Below, in pieces: positions 25,566-32,000 of a DNA stretch of 32,000 bases (its first letter is position 1; each line of letters opens with the position of its first letter). A model generated the notes under the pieces. That model saw only the letters and a program-made list of their open reading frames with translations. It was not told the DNA's origin and did not search any database. The translations under genes were made by a program, and so were the position numbers. The stretch is from NCBI GenBank assembly GCA_964514965.1, contig CAZETV010000001.1:450001-482000 (forward strand), in the 5' to 3' direction. This DNA comes from Candidatus Hadarchaeota archaeon (GTDB taxonomy: Archaea > Hadarchaeota > Hadarchaeia > Hadarchaeales > Hadarchaeaceae).

Positions 25566-27992
25566 ATGAAAGGTTTACTGCTTGATGTCGACTATGCTGA
25601 AGAAGAAGCGCAACCCTACATAAGACTATTCCTGAAGAGTGGGACAGAAATGATTGTCGCCACCGACCCGACATTCGAACAATATCTCTATGTTGTGGCC
25701 AACGACGCAAAAAAAACGGCAAAGCTCATCTCCAAGCTTGAACTCAACGAGTACGGGCGCACCCTCAAACCGAAATCCGTCAATTTTTTCAAGCGGACTT
25801 TCCTCGGAAATGAAGTCGAAACCATAAAGGTGGCTTTCCACCATCCAAAAGATATGTCCCGGCTCAGACATGCGATACGCGAGCTACCGGGGGTAAAAGA
25901 TATCTACGAGTTCGACATTCCCTTCGCGAGGCGCTATCTAGTCGACAGAGAACTTACCCCTATGTCGGGCGTAAGCGTAAGCGGCAAGATGGAGGAGGGA
26001 AAAGATGTCAAAATACTGATGCTTGATAGTCCACCCAAACCAGCCGATGTACCTGAGCAAAAGTTGAACGTGATGAGCTTCGACATCGAAGTTTACAACC
26101 CCACGGGAACCCTTCGACCTGACAAAGATCCGGTTATCATGATGAGTTTAGCCGACAACCGGGGTTTCAAAAAAGTCATCACATGGAAGGATTTCAAGGT
26201 AAAACTCGATTACGTTGAAGTCGTGGAAAGTGAGAGAGAAATGCTCAGGCGCTTCGTCGAGTTAGTCGAGGAGCGTGACGTTGATATCCTACTCGGATAC
26301 AACACCGATCTCTTCGACTTTCCCTACTTGCGCGAACGGGCAAAGCAATTAAAAATCAAACTGAAACTGGGACGCGATGGCTCGGAAGTAATAACTCGCA
26401 AGCGAAGTTTCGCGACGGCGACCCGAGTTCGAGGACGGGTGCACATCGACGTTTACACTATGGTGACCTTTCTCGCGACGATAGGGACGATAAGGCTCAT
26501 CCACTACACCCTCGAGGATGTTTACCGACATATGCTTGGGAAGGAGAAACCTGATTTCGAATTCACCGAGATGGTCAAAACTTGGGAATATGGAGGAGAA
26601 CCCGCGAGAAAATTGCTCGAGTACTCGATGTCGGATGCTGAAGCGACGCTCGAGCTGGGACTCGAGTTGCTCCCGCTATTTTTCGAGTTGACTCGGACGA
26701 TCGGACAAACACCCTTCGATGTCAGCAGGATGACACCAGGACAACTCGTGGAATGGTTGTTAATCCGCGAAGCGCACAAACGAAACGAACTCGTACCTGT
26801 TAGACCTATGGGTGAGGAGTACGAGGAACGACTCGAGGAAACTTACATTGGCGCGTACGTCATGGAACCTGAGAAAGGTCTGCACGAGGGTATTGTAGTG
26901 TTCGATTTCAGGAGCCTGTACCCGAGCATAATAGTATCGCACAACATTGACCCCTCAACGCTCAACTGCAATTGCTGCGCGCCTAGCGAGGCCACGCAAG
27001 CTCCAGAACTTGATTATTACTTCTGTACCAAGCGACGGGGGTTCATATCAACGATACTCGAACAACTCATTCAAGAGCGCGCGCGTTTGAAGCGAGAGCT
27101 TAAAAAACAAAAGCGGGAAAGCAAGGAATATCGCTCGCTCGATGCACAACAAACAGCACTCAAGATTATCGCAAACAGTTTCTATGGCATGTTAGGCTAT
27201 CCGCGGGCACGCTGGTATTTCAAAAAATGCGCCGAGAGCGTTACGAGCTTTGGACGACATTACATCCGTCAAACGATTGAACTGGCAAAGGAGTTCGGTC
27301 TTGAGGTAATCTACGGAGATACAGATTCGCTTTTCTGCAAACTTAACGGCAAAAGCCGCGAGGATGCGATGCGATTTCTAAAGCAGGTAAATGAGAGCCT
27401 TCCAGGCGTCATCGAGCTCGATTTCGAGGGCTTTTACCCCCGCGGCGTGTTCGTCACCAAGAAGCGTTACGCGATGATTGACGAGGAGGGGAGAATGGTA
27501 GTTAAAGGTCTAGAGTTCGTCCGTCGTGATTGGGCAGCACTTGCAAAGAAAACCCAGGAAGAGGTGCTCAGAGCTATCCTCAAAGATGGCTCACCGAAAA
27601 AAGCAGCTGAACTCATACGCAAAACTACCCGTGACGTGCTTAATGGTCGCGCTAGTTTGGACGACCTCGTGATATACACCCGGCTCAAGATGCCCATCGA
27701 GAGCTACCGCTCAATAGGCCCCCACGTGGTCGCGGCGAAGAGGCTCCGTGAGCTGGGGCGAGAGGTAGAACCCGGAATGGTGATAGCTTACATCGAAGCC
27801 AAGGGTGCGGGAAGCATAAGCGAGCGCGCCATTCCTGTAGAAGATTTCAAGGGTATAGAATATGACCCTGAATACTATGTCGGACACCAGGTTCTACCCG
27901 CTGTAATGCGGATTATGGAGGTTCTAGGGTACAAGGAGGAGGATTTGCGCTTTGAGCGGCAGAAACAGATGAAATTAGCGAAGTTCACTTAA
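25566..27992 (+). CDS. polB: Family B DNA polymerase
   Basis: MKGLLLDVDY start; exonuclease FDIEVYNPTG; DFRSLYPSII, KIIANSFYGMLGY, YGDTDSLF, KKRYAM polymerase motifs. Confidence 0.95.
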   Translation: MKGLLLDVDYAEEEAQPYIRLFLKSGTEMIVATDPTFEQYLYVVANDAKKTAKLISKLELNEYGRTLKPKSVNFFKRTFLGNEVETIKVAFHHPKDMSRLRHAIRELPGVKDIYEFDIPFARRYLVDRELTPMSGVSVSGKMEEGKDVKILMLDSPPKPADVPEQKLNVMSFDIEVYNPTGTLRPDKDPVIMMSLADNRGFKKVITWKDFKVKLDYVEVVESEREMLRRFVELVEERDVDILLGYNTDLFDFPYLRERAKQLKIKLKLGRDGSEVITRKRSFATATRVRGRVHIDVYTMVTFLATIGTIRLIHYTLEDVYRHMLGKEKPDFEFTEMVKTWEYGGEPARKLLEYSMSDAEATLELGLELLPLFFELTRTIGQTPFDVSRMTPGQLVEWLLIREAHKRNELVPVRPMGEEYEERLEETYIGAYVMEPEKGLHEGIVVFDFRSLYPSIIVSHNIDPSTLNCNCCAPSEATQAPELDYYFCTKRRGFISTILEQLIQERARLKRELKKQKRESKEYRSLDAQQTALKIIANSFYGMLGYPRARWYFKKCAESVTSFGRHYIRQTIELAKEFGLEVIYGDTDSLFCKLNGKSREDAMRFLKQVNESLPGVIELDFEGFYPRGVFVTKKRYAMIDEEGRMVVKGLEFVRRDWAALAKKTQEEVLRAILKDGSPKKAAELIRKTTRDVLNGRASLDDLVIYTRLKMPIESYRSIGPHVVAAKRLRELGREVEPGMVIAYIEAKGAGSISERAIPVEDFKGIEYDPEYYVGHQVLPAVMRIMEVLGYKEEDLRFERQKQMKLAKFT

Positions 27993-28392
27993 TAAGCAAT
28001 TCGCCCTCTGAGGTCAAAACTACATCAAAACTTTGAGTTACTGACCGGCCGTGCAATTTATTCCCCGCCCCTTCACGAATCTTGGATATTACATCAAGTG
28101 TACTGAGCTTAACTAGAATCTTCGCAGTATCTGCCGCTTTAAATAATCTTTTGGGTACTTTCAAAATATCGTCACCCCGTTTGATCTTAAGCACAACTGG
28201 GGCACGAAAAATTGCAGCCAGCTTGAGCGTGCGCTCTGCTCGCGCGATGTTATCCCTCGCCCTGCGCTCAAGAATGCAAACATTAGCGCGAGAGGTCCTC
28301 AGCATTCTAGCTATCTTAGTTTGAGTCAATCCTTTCAAACGAAGCTCAAGAACCCGCGACTGCGCCTCGGTTAGGAAGGTGTCCTTACTCAT
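27985..28392 (-). CDS. Tfx family DNA-binding transcriptional regulator
   Basis: FLTEAQSRVLELRLKGLTQTKIARMLRTSRANVCILERRARDNIARAERT. Confidence 0.88.
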   Translation of the reverse strand: MSKDTFLTEAQSRVLELRLKGLTQTKIARMLRTSRANVCILERRARDNIARAERTLKLAAIFRAPVVLKIKRGDDILKVPKRLFKAADTAKILVKLSTLDVISKIREGAGNKLHGRSVTQSFDVVLTSEGELLIK

Positions 28393-28449
28393 AACATCAA
28401 GTTTAATTTGGATGCAGGATTAAACAGTTTTTGCTCGGAGAGCATTTGA

Positions 28450-29343
28450 ATGTTAACTGAAGATGAACTAACAGCATATCGAAAAGCGGGAAAACTCGTG
28501 GCCGAGGTGCGAGAGAAGACACGCGCCCTCGTGAAACCTGAAGTCACGCTACTTGAGATAGCCGAAATGGTGGAGGATTCGATCGCGCAAAAAGGAGGTA
28601 AACTAGCGTTTCCCTGCAACGTTTCGGTCAACGAGATCGCAGCCCATTATAGCCCGCCCGCAAACGACGACACGAGCATCAAGGAAGGAGACATGATCAA
28701 AGTTGACATAGGTGCCCACTTCGATGGATACATCGCGGACACCGCGTTCACAGTAGCGACGGGCGAAAAACAAGAACTTGTTCAGACGGTCGAACGGGCT
28801 CTTGAGGCTTCAATTGGTGCGATTAAACCAGGCATAGATGTAGGCGAGATAGGAAAAATAGTCGAAGAAACCGCAACTGCAGCTGGGTTCAAGCCCATCC
28901 GAAACCTCACAGGTCATAGCCTAACGCGGTGGAACCTGCACGCTGGCCTAACGGTGCCAAACGTCAAGGAAGAGACTGGACAAAAGCTAAAGGCCGGCGA
29001 TGTTGTGGCCCTCGAACCCTTTGTGACTGACGGCGCTGGGTACGTCGAAGATCAAAAGAAGGCCTACATTTTTCGCTATCTACAAGACCGCCCAGTGCGA
29101 CTTCGAATGGCAAAACAACTACTCAACGAGGTTAAGCGATCCTATGATGGCCTCCCGTTCTCGGAGCGATGGCTTGCCAAAAAGATGTCAAAGCTTAGGC
29201 TTGAGCTGACCTTGCGAGAGCTTGTGGGCATCGGGGCGTTGTGGCCATATTACGTACTAGCCGAGCGGGCTGGCGGCAAGGTGGCACAGGCTGAGCATAC
29301 GGTAATCGTCACCGAAGACGGTTGCGAGGTGACTACCAGATAA
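28450..29343 (+). CDS. map: Methionine aminopeptidase type II
   Basis: AFPCNVSVNEIAAHYSP, VDIGAHFDGYIADTAFT, NLTGHSLTRWNLHAG, ALEPFVTDGAG. Confidence 0.95.
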   Translation: MLTEDELTAYRKAGKLVAEVREKTRALVKPEVTLLEIAEMVEDSIAQKGGKLAFPCNVSVNEIAAHYSPPANDDTSIKEGDMIKVDIGAHFDGYIADTAFTVATGEKQELVQTVERALEASIGAIKPGIDVGEIGKIVEETATAAGFKPIRNLTGHSLTRWNLHAGLTVPNVKEETGQKLKAGDVVALEPFVTDGAGYVEDQKKAYIFRYLQDRPVRLRMAKQLLNEVKRSYDGLPFSERWLAKKMSKLRLELTLRELVGIGALWPYYVLAERAGGKVAQAEHTVIVTEDGCEVTTR

Positions 29344-29439
29344 CGCACTAGGGCTGCAATTAGTCACATATGGAGAGAAATGAAACGATTAAGCTAGTGC
29401 AATATTTGAGAAATTAATAACGAATATTATAAAATGCTT

Positions 29440-30120
29440 TCATTTACGTAACACAAACATCGCATGGTCTTTCTCGTAAGGGTCGAGTATCTTTGCGTCG
29501 ACGACTTCCATCTCCTTTTCAAGTTTTTCTAACTCGTCCCTGAATATCTCGCGCGGCTCCTTGGTAATGTCGATGCTCCGAGCCTTGACCGCCAGCATCG
29601 CATACCCCCCTTTCCGCAAAAATGCCTTCACGTTCGCTAACAAAATTTCAGTCTGGTCAGGCTGGGCGACATCTTGGTAGAGCACATCTACTTTCCCGAT
29701 GATTGCGCAATAACTTCCTGGCTGTCGAGCATCGGCCAAGAGAGGGGCCATGTTTGGTCTCTGGTTACAGATTATGAGCAAATCGCGGAGCGGGCGCGAT
29801 GAAATTTCAATACAATTAACAGAGCCACTTAATCCGATTAGGTCGGAGACATGCGAAGCGGTCGTCCCACTGGCGGCCCCCAAGTAGAGCACAAATTCAC
29901 CTTGATCAATCGGGACCTTCTTGATGTCCTTTAAGATAGCAGCCGCGAGCTTGCTCCGATAGGGATCCCATAGGCGATACTCGGTCCCTTGAATTTTGAG
30001 GAGCCTCTCGCCGTAGACTTGTGTGCCTGGAGCTAGATTTACAGTTGCAAGCTTGCGCGTCCCATCTTCAAGCTTAACCCAGTAGACCCCAGCAAAGCGT
30101 TTGTGTTCGGTTACTTTCAT
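29440..30120 (-). CDS. flpA: Fibrillarin-like rRNA/tRNA 2'-O-methyltransferase
   Basis: YRLWDPYRSKLAAAI, VLYLGAASGTTASHVSDLIG, YAMLAVKARSID. Confidence 0.94.
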   Translation of the reverse strand: MKVTEHKRFAGVYWVKLEDGTRKLATVNLAPGTQVYGERLLKIQGTEYRLWDPYRSKLAAAILKDIKKVPIDQGEFVLYLGAASGTTASHVSDLIGLSGSVNCIEISSRPLRDLLIICNQRPNMAPLLADARQPGSYCAIIGKVDVLYQDVAQPDQTEILLANVKAFLRKGGYAMLAVKARSIDITKEPREIFRDELEKLEKEMEVVDAKILDPYEKDHAMFVLRK

Positions 30121-31271
30121 TTTCTCGGCTCCTTATATTTCGCCTTGATATCAGCTATACGCGCCTTCAAGTCAGCGACAAGCTTGTCCCCCACAAACTC
30201 ACCCGACATCGCGTCGACGCGCGCGGCTATGGATAGTTTTCCTGCGAGGGCACGAGCTATCTTTCCCCGCTGCCACTTAGGCGCTCCCCGGACCTCAGGG
30301 TACTGATAGATTACGCCGTGCTTTGGGGGCCTCGCTTGAGAACGGAGCGCCCTGAAGAGAGCTTTTTCCGCCCCGAGTACCTGAAGTGTGCTCGCGGGCG
30401 AACGAGAAAGTTTCTTCAAACCACCCGCTAGTGAAATAAGCCTTGCACCAACCGAGCCACCGACGACCGTTCGCAGATTTGGCGCCACTTGGGCCATCAA
30501 CCCATCGATATATTCGGCTATTCGCTCCCGGAACTCGTATAAGGAGAACACCTCTCGTGCACACCCCTGCAGTATTTTGATATCGAGTTCGTCGAATGGG
30601 GCGCCTAAGGAATTCATTGCAGCCTCGGCTATTTGCGCCGCGTTTTCATCTGATAATTCAATCACGCTCTTCACCGCAGCTTGAGTAAATCGCTCACGGG
30701 AGCCCAATTCTAAGATGAGTTTCAGGTATTTTTGATGCTCAACAACAAATCTGTCGAGCTCGGGGAAGTGGGTAGAGTACCACTCGCGTATTAAGCCAGA
30801 AAGGATGTTTGTGAACTTATCAAACTCATTAAGCATGCCTATAGCTTGGATGACTAGCTTGTCTCGCTCGGCTGCCTCCTCCCGGAGCTTTTGCCGCGTG
30901 AGGATGAATGTTACTTCCCGGGCAAGCTTGTCTGACTCCTTAAATCCCACCTCTTTAGCTATCTTTTTGAGCTTGGTACGTAGGAGTTCACCTGCAAGAT
31001 TCGGTAGCTGCACCTCGAACTTGGTACGTCGAAATTCCTTACGCAATTGTGAGACGAGCAATTCAGACTCTAGGGTAAATTCAAGGAAACCTTTCTTGAC
31101 TAGTTCAGCTATGATCTCGCGGTGCTCTTCCGTAGAAGCTCCCATCTGAACGCTCGCCAGCCGCCCGGCCACTTCGATTGCGTCCCGGGGGAACTGCTTC
31201 GACGCCAACATTCGCCCCTCATCATCGAACGCGAACACGCCTAACACACATTCAGCTATATGAACCGCCAT
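30117..31271 (-). CDS. Nop5/Nop56/58 family C/D RNP scaffold protein
   Basis: NOP domain: LRTVVGGSVGARLISLAGGLKKLSRSPASTLQVLGAEKALFRALRSQARPPKHGVIYQYPEVRGAPKWQRGKIARALAGKLSIAARVD; ATGA overlap with flpA. Confidence 0.94.
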   Translation of the reverse strand: MAVHIAECVLGVFAFDDEGRMLASKQFPRDAIEVAGRLASVQMGASTEEHREIIAELVKKGFLEFTLESELLVSQLRKEFRRTKFEVQLPNLAGELLRTKLKKIAKEVGFKESDKLAREVTFILTRQKLREEAAERDKLVIQAIGMLNEFDKFTNILSGLIREWYSTHFPELDRFVVEHQKYLKLILELGSRERFTQAAVKSVIELSDENAAQIAEAAMNSLGAPFDELDIKILQGCAREVFSLYEFRERIAEYIDGLMAQVAPNLRTVVGGSVGARLISLAGGLKKLSRSPASTLQVLGAEKALFRALRSQARPPKHGVIYQYPEVRGAPKWQRGKIARALAGKLSIAARVDAMSGEFVGDKLVADLKARIADIKAKYKEPRK

Positions 31272-31488
31272 GTGCGCACCTGACTAAAAGTTAATTTAAA
31301 CTTCATAAAGCTTTAATAGAGGGGCCAAAGATTGCCTATCCTGCCTGTTTGAATCCTTTCCTCACCACATCTCTTAACAAACCGCTCGACATCCTCGCGC
31401 TTGGTGTAAGATATGCTATCAACCCCGCACAGAATTCAGCTGGGACGCAAGTGGTGAGAATGAGATTATAGTAATAAGACAGTAGGCC

Positions 31489-31752
31489 TCAATCAGACAT
31501 ACCAAACTTAACGATTTTGCCGTCAATGTTTTCGACCACACCGCAGAACCCTTTTGAATTTTTAGGCGCTCGAGCTGGCAAACCGTGGCGCCTTTTAATG
31601 CTAATATGCGCCGCCTCGATGTAAAGCCTAGCATCCTCGAAACTTTCGCACACACATTGGGCATAGCCATTTGACGTAGCCGAGATATCCTCAGATTCCC
31701 TGTCGCAGACATCACACTCGGCTCGCCAACCATTAGTGTGACGCAAAAACAC
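31489..31752 (-). CDS. Small uncharacterised Cys-containing (possible zinc-binding) protein
   Basis: NGWRAECDVCDRES...YAQCVCESFEDARLYIEAAHISIKRRHGLP...; preferred over the overlapping 31419..31763 frame. Confidence 0.5.
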   Translation of the reverse strand: MFLRHTNGWRAECDVCDRESEDISATSNGYAQCVCESFEDARLYIEAAHISIKRRHGLPARAPKNSKGFCGVVENIDGKIVKFGMSD

Positions 31753-31807
31753 GGCGCCACCATTTTCCTTTTTAGGTAAGAGCGATTAAATATGAATTGG
31801 TGAAAAC

Positions 31808-32000
31808 GTGCAGAAGAAAACTGGTGAAAAAATCGTTGCTTTCGGCACTGAGCGCCTGAAGCGTGGATTCGCTAAGATGCAAAAGGGTGGCGTAATCATG
31901 GATGTCACGAACCCCGAACAGGCAATCATAGCTGAGGAGGCTGGAGCAGTAGCGGTAATGGCTTTGCAAGCGGTACCTGCCGACATTCGAGCAGCAGGTG
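31808..32000 (+). CDS. pdxS: Pyridoxal 5'-phosphate synthase subunit PdxS (N-terminal part, truncated by window end)
   Basis: GTG start; manual translation (M)[63 protein letters not shown] matches the PdxS/SNZ N-terminus. Absent from the ORF track. Confidence 0.93.
   Translation, partial: MQKKTGEKIVAFGTERLKRGFAKMQKGGVIMDVTNPEQAIIAEEAGAVAVMALQAVPADIRAAG

Noticed and set aside
31419-31763. 114-aa minus-strand ORF
   Set aside because: Overlaps 31489..31752 in another frame; the latter has a plausible CxxC-type composition. Both remain modestly supported.
1-32000. CRISPR arrays, transposases, prophage or classical restriction/defence systems
   Set aside because: No regularly spaced direct repeats, transposase motifs, or defence-protein signatures were seen by eye.
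1-32000. tRNA or rRNA genes
   Set aside because: No convincing cloverleaf with T-arm GGTTCRANYCC and matching acceptor stem was found in intergenic regions; a tRNAscan-SE run would be decisive.

Overview
Archaeal chromosomal segment, gene-dense, mostly informational and housekeeping genes; lineage not determinable from the sequence alone. Confident content: PUA-domain protein, SepF, ZPR1-like zinc finger, FttA/aCPSF1, proteasome beta, G1P dehydrogenase (egsA), metallophosphoesterase, HypD, a divergent NDP-forming acyl-CoA synthetase beta/alpha pair, a nucleobase/hydantoin-type catabolic group (dihydropyrimidinase-like, SsnA-like amidohydrolase, PreA-like Fe-S dehydrogenase), an archaeal histone and a second divergent histone-fold protein, a eukaryotic-type topoisomerase IB, GT4 glycosyltransferase, rhomboid protease, DUF89, two HAD hydrolases, YgjP/DUF45 metallopeptidase, DUF998, nitroreductase, M16 peptidase, family B DNA polymerase, Tfx regulator, type II MetAP, fibrillarin + Nop5, and a 5' fragment of pdxS running off the window. 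No CRISPR array, transposon or classical defence locus was recognised. The most interesting unannotated signals are: (1) two overlapping small minus-strand genes (19995-20577), one a ribbon-helix-helix protein, each interrupted by exactly one in-frame TAG and missing from the ORF track; (2) a ~230-nt candidate structured non-coding RNA (24326-24555) with a TATA box, closing terminal helix, nested hairpins and T-tract; (3) tiny acidic and Lys-rich ORFs with strong Shine-Dalgarno sites (17805-17984); (4) an acyl-CoA synthetase alpha subunit that lacks the phosphohistidine loop; (5) a complete eukaryotic-like TopoIB.
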